This document shows, piece after piece, positions 26,032-37,800 of a stretch of 64,000 bases of DNA (positions are counted from its first letter, which is position 1; each line of letters opens with the position of its first letter). Under the pieces are notes generated by a model. It ran no database searches, was not told the DNA's origin, and saw only the letters and a program-made list of their open reading frames with translations. Source of the DNA: the human T2T-CHM13v2.0 reference genome, Homo sapiens; assembly GCF_009914755.1 (NCBI RefSeq), contig NC_060935.1. One strand, 5' to 3'. Position numbers and translations under genes: made by a program.

Positions 26032-26695
26032 TGTGGTAGGCACCCTCTAATATAGCACTCAAAGATCCCTGCCTCCTGGCATTTCCAACCTTGTCTAGTT
26101 CCCTCCTAGACTGAATTGTGGCACTTCAAAATTCCTATGTCAAAACCCTAACATGCAATATGACCGTATTTGGAGACAGGGTCTTTAAGGAAGAAATTAG
26201 GCTTAAATGAGGTCATAAGGGTGGGATAATAAGTTGTCCTTTTAAGAAGGGGAACAGACACCAGAGACATAGCTCTTGCTCGCTCTCACTCTCTCTTTCT
26301 CTCTCTCTCTTTCTCTTTTTCTCCCCCCTCCCCTCCCTTCCTCTCTTTGTTTCTTTCTCTCTTTTTCATCACTCACCCTAGGGGAAGTCAGCTGAAATAC
26401 CATTACAAGCCCTGTGGAAAGGCCCCATTTGACCAGAAAATGTCTGGTCAAATGGCTGTTGTCTCCTGCCAACAGCCACAGTCACATGAATAAACTTGGA
26501 AGTGGATTCTCCAGCCCCACTCAAGCATTCAGATGACAGAAACTTTGACAGCTTGACTACAGCCTCATGGAAAACCCTGAGACAGAACCACCTAGCTAGC
26601 TGCTCCTGGATTCCGGATCCTTAGAAACTATGTCAGATCATAGATGTTTCTTATTTTAAGTCACTAAGTTTGGGGTAATTTTTATATAGCAAGAA
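26032..26695 (+). mobile_element. MLT1F-like LTR containing an MLT1A/B-like piece and a CT-rich tract
   Basis: tgtggtaggc start; gtatttggagacagggtctttaagg; gacagcttgactacagcctcatg; ttttaagtcactaagtttggggtaat end. Confidence 0.75.
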
Positions 26696-27044
26696 CATAT
26701 TACTTATTCAAAACCAGCTTAAAAGCCTGCTGCTAACTTTTTCTAATTGATATGATGCCAGCCATTTTTATTCCATGGTGTTTACCAATCACTACCCTAA
26801 TTATAATCCTTCATGACCATCAGCCTATCAGTTAGATGCACAACCATAAGGCGTCCACTCAGTGGTATTTAGTTGTATCCAAGCACTACTTTTAAGGGAG
26901 ATCAACATCTTAATATCCATTTATCTTCTAATCACCAATATCCCAAAATTCCAAATGAAAAGTATGTTTTAGATAGTGCTCTACTGTGATTTAAATTTCA
27001 TTCATTATGGCAAGGTTTAAAGCATCTAACATTCTCCTTTTCTT

Positions 27045-27339
27045 TTTTTTTTTTTTTGAGATGGAGTCTCGCTCTGTCGCCCGGGCTGGATTGCAGTGGC
27101 GCAACTTGGCTCACTGCCAGCTCCGCCTCCCAGTTTCACGCCATTCTCCTGCCTCAGCCTCCCAAGTAGCTGGGACTACAGGCGCCTGCCACCATGCCCG
27201 GCTAATTTTTTTGTACTTTTAGTAGAGACGGGGGTTTCACCGGTTTAGCCAGGGTGGTCTCGATCTCCTGACCTCGTGATCCACCAGCCTCGGCCTCCCA
27301 AAGTGCTGGGATTACAGGCTTCAGCCACCGTGCCAGGCC
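27045..27339 (-). mobile_element. AluY
   Basis: Antisense dimer; ttcacgccattctcc, ctcgatctcctgacctcgtgatcc; TSD attctccttttctt. Confidence 0.95.
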
Positions 27340-28149
27340 TATTCTCCTTTTCTTGATTCTATATTAGCTATATTTAGGATTACAGAATTTCCTTATTTTG
27401 TTAATGTTGTTAAGTCCTCTTCTTATTGTTAAACAGGCTTTTAACAATATTAAAAATTGTTTCCTGGTAATAATGGGTTTTCACTGAAATGCTTCGTTTT
27501 TCCTTTTATCTTGCTCATCAGTGTTTCCCTTTCTCCAGCTGCTTATGTTATTACTTGCTTAATTTTCCTCTTCTCTTGTTGATCTTCTCTCCACCTGTGT
27601 TCTATCTGATGGCATGTAAAAACTATATTTCTCTTATAACATTTATGAGTTTTATCTATCATTATCTTCTGAAATTTAAAAGCCTGATGTTAGCCTGAAT
27701 TCTACTGAAAAGATAACTGCTGAACATTTGGAGAAAAGGATTATTTCAAGGGTATGAATGCGGCGGTTTGGATAGAAGAATGAAGACATCCTTAATACGC
27801 TTTGTGATGCTGATTTTCAGTAGAAATAGTTTTCTCTAATAAGTTTTAATCGATGCTGCAAAGTTAGGGCCTAAGTGGATTTCCAATTGGGTGAAGCCAA
27901 CTGGATGTCAGCCACTGTGTAAAGGGCCCGAGTGGAGACTTCTGTGGTAGGAATTAAGAAGGAAGCCCACACAGGTCCTAAGATCACTAACTGATTAAGA
28001 TCATCTAAGCTGTTAAATGTCTAACATGCAAAGGTCAAAATGATACCATAAAAAATACACTCCATTTTCTTAAATATCTTATATTGTGGAAAATTATATC
28101 TAGAGATTGAGGATTTAGAAGGGAAAACAAACTAAAGCACAATGAAAGA

Positions 28150-28335
28150 GGGGGGTTGGGTCCCATCTGTGTCACCTTTTAACTGAGAGACCTTGTATTA
28201 ATCTAGTTTCTATGAGCCTCTGTTTCTTCAGTCATAAAATGGGAATAATAATACTTCCCGTAAGAGGTAGTAATAATGATTAAATGAGATAATGTGTGCA
28301 TGGCACATAGAAAGTGTTCAATAAATGGTGGTTCT
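28150..28335 (+). mobile_element. MIR
   Basis: gagcctctgtttcttcagtcataaaatggg...gattaaatgagataatg. Confidence 0.8.
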
Positions 28336-28789
28336 TTTAAATTGCTTAAATTAGTAGTGAAAGGGGAGTAGCATGAGTAAGAAAAAGTGTCAGAGTCCCC
28401 TCAGATAACATGATTCCATTAATTCTCAGACCTTAAGGCTGCCATGAAATGTTTGTGCTAAAATATCCTGTTCAACACACTTTTTGTTACATAATGTCAC
28501 TGAAGTTTAATGTAGTGACATATATAAAAGCAGGTATGTGGAGAGGATTGACATGTAAACAAATAACTAGGCTACAGAAAGTGAATCACATGAAGTGTTA
28601 TATGAAAACTGAAGATGTATTAACTGACTACATGACTTGGGTTGCGGTGGGTGGCATCAAAGAAGGTTCAAATATATGGGTATTTAAATTGAGTCTTTAA
28701 TGAAGAGTAGAGGAATGCATTCCGTGGACAAAGCAGTGGGTGGAATAGCACCTGCAAAGGCCTATAGGCTTGAAACACCAAGGCATGTG

Positions 28790-28969
28790 TCATGGGTGCC
28801 AAACTTGCTTGCAACTTAAATTACCATGGGAGCTTCAAAAATAGGGATGCCTGTGTCCCATCCCCAGAGATTGTGTTTTACTGTCTGGGGTTCGACCTAG
28901 GCTTTGTGATTATTTAAAGACTCCCCACACCAGGTGATTCTAATATGCACAAGAGTTTGGAAACCACTG
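28790..28969. mobile_element. MER5A-type hAT element
   Basis: ccaggtgattctaatatgcac...gtttggaaaccactg end. Confidence 0.8.
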
Positions 28970-29267
28970 TCATATTAAGTTTCTGTCAGTTGTTTTGTCT
29001 GGCTGAATGCAGGAGAAATAATTGGAAATGAACCCGAAATGCTCTGCTGTAAAACTTAGACTTTATACTCTAGTCCAGAAATTGTTTGATTGTCCAGTCA
29101 TAATTTTAAAAACTTGGTATGTAGTCCAAAATGTGAATATGTATTTATTTGCTAATTGATGCAGATACTACTGTAACAATATGGCATGTACAATATAGAT
29201 ACATTATACACAAAACAGGAGAAGTAAAAAAAAGATTAGCTAAAGAATAAAGCAGTATTTTAAAGTA

Positions 29268-29620
29268 TAGTTGACCCTTAAACAACACAAATTTGAGCTT
29301 TGAGGGTCCACTTACATGCAGATTTTCTTCCTCCTTTGCCACCCTGAAGACAGCAACACTAACTTCTCCTCTTCCTCTTCCTCCTCAGCCCACTCAACAT
29401 GAAGATACTCAGATAAGGACCTTATGATGATGTAGCTCCATTTAATGAATAGTAAATATGGTTTCTCTTTCTTGTGATTTTTAAAATAACATTTTCTTTT
29501 CTTTAGCTTATTTTATTGTAAGAATATAATATTTAATACATACAACATACAAATTATGTGTTAATCAACCCTGTCTCAAAAATAAATTTAAAAAATAATA
29601 TTTGTAAAAGGATCAACTAC
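29268..29620 (+). mobile_element. Tigger2a (MER28) with internal deletion and Alu-tail remnant
   Basis: tagttgacccttaaacaacac...gggtccacttac...ctcaacatgaagat; terminal ggatcaacta. Confidence 0.85.
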
Positions 29621-29671
29621 AGTTATTTTATTTATCAATGGTAAAAAAAAAAACCTATCTGTTTTCACTAA

Positions 29672-29988
<317 letters not shown>

Positions 29989-31139
29989 TAAATTATTATC
30001 ATTAAAATGTTATTTTTGAATAAGCAATAAGATCGGATATGTTTCATTATTTGTCATAATCTTGGTTTGACATTTCATGATACAGAAGTTCTAAGATCTC
30101 CTTTTAACTGTGGATATTTTGTAACTTAGTTTTAATAACTGTCATGCCTAAAACCAAAAACTGTCACCACCCACCAGAAAAAAAAAATATGTATACATGG
30201 GAGAAATGCATCATTGGCTGAACAAACTAAATCATGGTTTTCATTTTTCAAGCTCACCACCAATTATGTAAGAATTTAGTTAATATTAGGTTAACAAATG
30301 TTTAATGGCGTTTATACCTATTATTTTGTCTTACAAATTAATCAGAGGGTATTGAAAGAAATTTCTAATAAAAGAAGCTCAAAACGCTGGGACTCATATT
30401 TTGTAATTTTTTAAACAGCTAGAAAACGTTGTCATGTTTTTAAGTTTGACATCGAGAGGAAGGTGTCAGTTTCTGTGAAATAGAAAAGATAAGACAAGGT
30501 CACTGGTATTTATCTCAGATCCAGTGAACATTACTAAGCTCCTAAGCGCCAGATGCCCTATGCTCCTCACAGGTTCGTCCTTTTATGTTTGCTACAACCC
30601 TGTGTGTTATTCATCTCCATCTTTGTATTTCAGGTGAGAAAACCAAGGCTCACGGAAGGGTACTAACTACAGTAGTAACAATACAAAAGAAAGGTTTGGA
30701 TCTGGAGAGTTGAAAACTGAGAAAAAGGCTTGCAAAAGCTACCAAGAAATATTTGTTAAGGAGACCATGAGAAGCAAAGAACATTTTCCTGGGGCATGCT
30801 CTGATGAGATTAGACAGCATGCACTTATGATGAGAGATATTTAGTATAATGTTGTGACTTTTTCCACATCCTGACAATCCAGAGGTCAGCAAGAAATTAG
30901 ACAGAGGGGATCAAAAAATGGAGGGGCCAGATAATTCTAAGATGTTGGCAAATGAGCTTTGGTAATAAGGTGTGGCTTTTATAGGTACTGCAACCAAGAA
31001 AGGCCATGCTGAAATGGAATAAGGATGAGATGGGGGACTCAATTGTTCAGTATGGGAATGGGGGCGAAAGATGCAAGAGATGGAAAATAAGATGGTTGGG
31101 AAGGGAGATGCTTCAGTGGGAAAATCATGGATTTTCTAT

Positions 31140-31345
31140 ATCTGATAGACCTGGGCTTGAGTCCTGACGTGGCCAGCTGTTTTGTGACCTAAGAAAGTTA
31201 CATCACATCCCTCAATCTCAGTATCCTCATCTATAAAATGAGAGTTACAATAACACAGACTCAGTGGGTTTTGCAGTTTTTAAGAGAAAGAGCTTGGTAG
31301 GTATAACAGCTCAGATATATAGAAGGATCTCAACAAATGGTAGAT
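31140..31345 (+). mobile_element. MIR
   Basis: agacctgggcttgagtcctg...tctcagtatcctcatctataaaatg. Confidence 0.8.
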
Positions 31346-31709
31346 TCTACTATTAGTATCATTATTAGAGAGTTTTCAGAGATGGAAAGACTTAAAGATG
31401 AGCGCCAAAATGAGGCAGGGCAAATACATGGCCAAAGTTTGTGGAGATAATGGTTCTTTGACGTGAGAAACTTAGAGAATTAAGAAGATAAAATATATTA
31501 TATGTTTGTAGAGTGAGATAAGTTCTAAGAAAAAATCAATAGGGTGATATCTAAAGAGTACCAGGGTTAATGTGGGGGTGGGGTGGGGAGGTGGTGCAGT
31601 GGAGAGGAATGTTTAAAGTTGCCAGCAATGGCAAAAATGTCCACAAGAATTGTTTTTATATTTTTTTAAAATCCTTTTCTACATAATTTCTCACATGATA
31701 GAATAGCAT

Positions 31710-32272
31710 AACTGGTATGATCTTTTAAAAATTAAAATTAGATCATGTCACGCCCCATTTAAATTCTTCACTGTCTTCCCTGCCCTTAAAATCAAATCCA
31801 AACTCTGCCAAGTCCACAATATCCAGATCTCCATGCTCAGCAGTATTGCTCTCCCTCTTGCTTTTCTGCTCCAGTCAAATCTGCTTTTCTGTATTTAGAA
31901 TAAACCAAGACCCTCCTTGCTTCAGGCTCTTTGCTAATCTCTCTGTCCAGAGCACACATTCACCGGACCCCCACCCCCCAGTCTGTCTTTGTATCACCAG
32001 CAATTCCTCAGCTCAACTCTCACCTTCTCGGAGAGAAAATTTTCCTGACTGTGCTGTATAACGCACCTCATTCCTCTTCATCCCATCTCCCTTTCAACCC
32101 CTTCATGGAACATGTAGCAATCTGTAAGCATGTAAATTGTTTAGTCTCCAACTACAACGCAAATTATGTGAGGATGTGGACCAGGTTGCTGTTGTCTGTT
32201 ACTGGAGCCACAGCACTAATAACATCAAGTAAACAAGAGGTGCTGGATAAGTATTGTCAGTTGAATAAATAA
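31710..32272 (+). mobile_element. L2 3' end
   Basis: ttagatcatgtcac...aaaatcaaatccaaactc...gttgaataaat tail. Confidence 0.7.
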
Positions 32273-32705
32273 AAGATCAAAATATGAGAAATTAAATCTT
32301 TATCTGTACCATCAATAAATAAAACAGCTCTTCTGGTCAATTCTCCCAGCCTCCAAAGCCAGACAACTTCACAGATCCTTTGAAACACTATTTTTAAACT
32401 AATTGTCAATGTTGATTTCCCACTGACGATTTCTTATTCTCATAAATACAGCCTCCTCATCTCTCATGCTCTAGAAAATTCTAGAAAAACAAAAACAGCA
32501 CCCATGACAACTCTAAAACACACATTAAAAAAGATAGAGATGTTTGTCTTAAGTCATTAGATCAACTCTCCCCCATCTCTTAAACTCCCAAACTAAAAAA
32601 TGTAGAGGTAATCTTTGGCCACTTCTCTTTCCTCATTTTCAGCACTATAAATGTATATCTTGAAAATATCTCTTAGATTATTTTATAATTTTTTAAAATT
32701 TTATA

Positions 32706-32825
32706 AATAGATAGAGATGAGTCTCACTGTGTTGACCAGGTTGGTTTTGAACTCCTGGCCTCAAGCCATCCTCCCTCCTTGGCCTCCCAACATGCTGGGT
32801 TTACAGGCATGAGCCACCGCACTTC
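32706..32825 (-). mobile_element. FLAM / Alu left monomer
   Basis: gaactcctggcctcaagccatcctccc...acaggcatgagccaccgc; monomer only. Confidence 0.85.
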
Positions 32826-32829
32826 TCCT

Positions 32830-33830
32830 ACTTTATAATTTTAAAGTGGGGAAAGCCTTCCTAACTCTCACATAAAATCCAAGTAAACTTTTGCATGAAG
32901 TTATTCACTATAAGTAAACTCGAAAAAAATTATAATCCAGGAAAAATATTTGTAACTCAAATCACAAAGGGGTGACTTCCCATTATATAAAATTCTTAAA
33001 AATCAATAAGAAAATACTGAAATCCCAATAGAAAAATGGGTAAAGATATTGACTGTTTCCAAAAAGGGAAACAAAATTTAAATGTAAAAAACACTCCACT
33101 TAAAATAATTGCAAGGACAGACCATTTTTTTTAATCTTGCCAATTGGCAAAGGTTCAAAGTTTGGTAATATCTTGTATTATCAAAGCTATGTATGCAACA
33201 GGCACTTTTACATGTTGCTGGTGAAGGTGTAAATTGCACCAACTCTTTGGAAAACAATTTGGCAAGAACTGTAAAAATTAAATACAAACATATCCTTTTC
33301 CTTATTCCAACTACTTTAAAAATGTATTCTATGTATTTATACATATATGCAGTGAACAAAGTACAAGGCTAATCATGAGACAGCATTGATTTAAAAAGCA
33401 TAAGACTAGAAACAACCTCAACGTTCACCATTAGAAAGCAACTTAAATAAATTATGGTACATCCATACAACGGAATAATATGCATTAAAAAGTAAAAACG
33501 GAGCACATTTTGTGTACTGATACAGAAAAATCTCAAATGTGTTGTTAAGTGAAAAAAAGTGAGGTACAAACAGTATATGCAATATTACCACTTGTGCAAA
33601 GGGAATGAATGGGAATGCTTTCATATTTCCCTGTATATGCATTAAAAAAATCTCTGCAAAGATCCACAAGTAACTAAGGGGAGTGATTTTTTGGTGGAAG
33701 TGGGAATGACCTGACAGGGAAGGTAGGGGACTGTGTAGGAGAAAAAATTGTTATTATATACCTGTTTGAAACTCTGATTTTTGAACCATGTAAATAAACT
33801 ACCTACTTAAGATAACTAATTTAAAAATTT
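32830..33830 (+). mobile_element. L1ME-type fragment
   Basis: cccaatagaaaaatggg, gctggtgaaggtgtaaattg, attatggtacatccatacaa. Confidence 0.75.
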
Positions 33831-34212
33831 GGTGGTGAGGTTAAGAAAAATAAAAGCATAGAAAGTGCTGTCCAACAGCCAACCTTCCTCTTAAATAACT
33901 CTGGGAGCCAAATGGCTCCCTGTTACTAATTAGGTGTACAATAAGTAATAGGAAACCCTTATTATATAAGTGAGAGCATAAAATGGATCGATTCTACTGT
34001 ACGTTTTCAAAGGCCTTACAACAGCAGGATCACTTTATCTACCTCAATTTACCTTGCACTAGTCTCACAGGTAATCACTCCAGTCTTTATCCAGTCCCTA
34101 CTCACTCATTCTTTCCCTTGCTAATGAGTTTTCTCCACATGGAGTCCCCTTGCTTTACCAACCCTAATACCACATTTTCATTCAGAGCACAGTCTCATAT
34201 CTTCCTAGAAGT

Positions 34213-34621
34213 TTAAAACAACAGAAATTAAATATCTCACAGTTCTAGGGCCTACAAGTCCAAAATCAACGTGCCAGCAAGACCACAGTCTTTCTGAAAC
34301 CTATAAGAGAGAATTCTTTTTTGCCTCTTCCTAGTTTCTGGTGGTTTCCTGCCAACTCTTGGTGTTTATTGACTTACAAGCTGCAGCACTTCAATCTCTG
34401 CCTCTATTGACAGATAGTATGTTCCCTTTGTGTGTATCTAGCTGTGTCTCTGTCTGTTTTCCTCTTCTTCAAAGGACACCAGTCGTATTGGATGGGAGCT
34501 CACCTTAATTTGGTATAACCTCATCTTAAATTGATTATATCTGCAAATATTCTATTTCCACATGAGGTACTGGGGGTTATAACTTCAACATATCTTTTGG
34601 GGATACAATTCAACCCATGAG
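34213..34621 (-). mobile_element. MLT1C-like MaLR LTR
   Basis: aaaacaacagaaatt...ctcacagttctag...aaggacaccagtcgtattgga...gatacaattcaaccca. Confidence 0.85.
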
Positions 34622-34730
34622 ACCTTCTCTAGTTGATGTCACCTCATTTTTAGTTTGATTCCCCTAATGTTAAATTCTATAACATACAGATTGGTACCTT
34701 TACAGTCTTTCTTGTTTATCTAGTGTCTTT

Positions 34731-34736
<6 letters not shown>

Positions 34737-34780
<44 letters not shown>

Positions 34781-34851
34781 TATGTGTTTATCTATCTATA
34801 TGTCTATCTACTCTTTATCAATATAAATTATTCGTGTGTGTGTGTGTGTGT
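34737..34851. repeat. (TG)n microsatellite with adjacent TATC/TG units
   Basis: Direct inspection. Confidence 0.9.
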
Positions 34852-37800
34852 ATAGGCACACACCTACCCCACCCCATACACATCACCTGCCTCCAACTAG
34901 ATTATAAGTACCTCAAAAGCAGGAAATATGTTTTCTCTAAACTTTATTTGGATTGTTACTAGACTCATGGTAGTGACTAAAGGATTGGATGAATGGTGTC
35001 CTAATGTCACACTGTGACTTTTGTAAGTTTTAACCATCATTTGCCCATCATGACAACCTTTCAGTGAACTAAGAAGAGGTTCCTTGAGTCACTCAAAGTG
35101 TGAGAATCCAAAAATATCATTAGCTCATCAGTACCACACAGCAAAGGCTCCACTCTAAGGAAGGATTAAGATCAATAAACAATAGAGTTGGTCCCAAGAA
35201 TCGAGGTAATTGCATGACAGGGAGGCAATCTAGTCTTCAGCTTCATGTCCAGCTGTCCAGAAGCGTGGCAAGCCCCTGCCTTAGTTTATAATTATGGACA
35301 AATAAGTTATCATTAGAAATGTGTTGTTTTCCCTCAGAAAAAATACATGCATATATCCATGTGTATGCATATATGTAATAATATATGTATTGATTCCCAA
35401 TTAAAACAAAGGCTTGAGGTTTTTCAGGCATTTAAACCAACAGAACACAGTAGGATATGAATGGCAGTACAATATGGTAATTGGCTGCCGTCTCAATTCC
35501 ATCCTGGGCAATCAAAGGCTTATGTTGGAACAAGGAACAATGAGGAAGACACTTAGTAAGTGTAAGAAAAGTAAAAACAGAGGGAAGGGCAGAGTTGAAA
35601 AATGAGGAGAGACGCAGAAAGAGAAGATCCAAAGAGGAAAACAAATAGCCTAAATATCTAATCTAGAAACATATAATTACATACTTTAAAATAATAAATA
35701 ATATACAAATGACTCATATTTGTACAAGGGTGACAATATGTTATTGTGTTGTACTGACAAATGCTGTTCATTTTTAGCAGCAAAATCATTATACAGAAAA
35801 ATATCAGTGATTAGGATATATAAATCGAAAAACTTAGAACGGGATATTAACCGAGAATTCACATAAAGAAAAATATAATTAGAAAAACAGATTACATGGA
35901 AAGGTGTAATCAGATATATGCAAATTAAGGCAATCTAGCTTTTAAAATTATCCACCAAATGTAACTAAAAGAGCTAAACTTAAAACATTCCTTTCAGTTG
36001 AATTTGGGAAGGAAATCAATATGCTCACTAGTTGCTGGTTATATTACCAATTGTACCTAAAACAATAGGACAATATATAGCAAGAATTATAAAGATGATC
36101 ATGCCTTTTGAAAAATGAGTAAAGTCCTAGGGGTTTATCTTAGGAGCACAAAGGTACATGATTAGGAACATTCACTGAAATTTTGTCCATAAAAACAAGA
36201 ATAGGAAATGACCTAAATATCTATCTATAGGATAATGATTGATTGTGTTTTTTAATCTCATAGAATATTATAACATTTAAATTATCATTATTAAGTTTAT
36301 GTAAAGGCATTATGTGGCAATGGTAAGTAGAAAAAGCAGCAGTAGTAAGCATATGAATGACAACTAGGTAAAAATATGTATGCCTGTGGAATATCATTCA
36401 TTCATTCAGTAAAGATGTACTAAGCAACGATTATCTACAGGTCTCATGTTAGAAACAAAGGATATAGTTTCCAAACTCACACTCACAATCTTAAGGAACA
36501 AAGACATGTAAAAATACATATCATAATAAAGAAAGTACTATATAATGTTTTTTAAAAAGAATTATATGGAATGGAAATTATATGTGATATTGTAAATCTT
36601 ATGTGTGTTTTTCCCATTTATTCTTTTTTCTGTATTACAAAACATTACATGCTCATTGTAAAATACTAGGAAAATATAGAAAAATATAAAGAAGCAATTA
36701 TCTCCGTAGTCCTGGCATCCAGAGGCAGCCACTCCAACAGTGTGGCATGTTTTCATTCTGTCCTTTCCAAATGATAATTTCTAGAATTTTAAAAATGTAT
36801 TTAGATGACATACATACATTTTATGTCCTAATATTTTTATGTCCTAATATTATCAATTAAAATTATAGCATAAGCAAGTTCCCATACTATTAACAACTAT
36901 TTGGAAAATGTTATTTAGTGTTTCATAATATTTCATTGAATAGATGAAATATGGTTTATTTAGCCCCCATGGTCGCGGCCTTGTTTCAAAATCGTTATTA
37001 CCCTTAATAATGTTGTAATGAATATCTTTGTCTGCATTTCCATTAATTTCTCTGTTATAAACTTCTAGTATCTCATTTAATTTTTGAAGCTATAACTTAG
37101 TAATAGAACTCAGAGGCATTCTGCCATATGTATCACTTCATAATTCTGAGTATGAATTATGTTATCTATAGTAATTTCAACTAAAGTATCTGAGAATTAA
37201 CATGATTGGTATCTTAAAGAGAAAAGTAACATTTTAAACTACCATAGAACAACATGTACAGAGTATACTTCCATTATAAGGTTACTTGTAATGGAAGTAA
37301 GTACTTCCAAATATAAGGTTACTTCTATTATAACCTTTCCCAAAACAGAGACCTATATTAAAGCTCCCATCTCATCTGCTGAGAAAAAGAGAGTAGAACA
37401 AGTGCTTGAACTCAAAAAGCCACAAACATTCTAAAATAACTTTTTTCTATATGAAAACAATATCTACATATATTTCAGAAGTTAAAGTCTACACATTTGA
37501 ATTTCTTAAAACATCCATTACTATTAATATAAAAACACTATGAAATAAAAGCTATGTATACATTTAAAACCACAAAGCCCTTGAGCACAGAGGAGTAAAA
37601 TTCAATGAACTAAGCCAATCTTCCTGTTTAGGGGCAAAAGTATAAAATCAAACGTTAAACTTTTTTGGTAAACAAAATAAAAAAGAAAATGCTTAATGTG
37701 ACTTTTTCTAACATCTTCATGACTGCTCTCATTTTGCCAGGTGATACATTTTATACCTGCTTGAGTAAGTTGCTTAAGATAATTGGAATAGGTAATAAAA

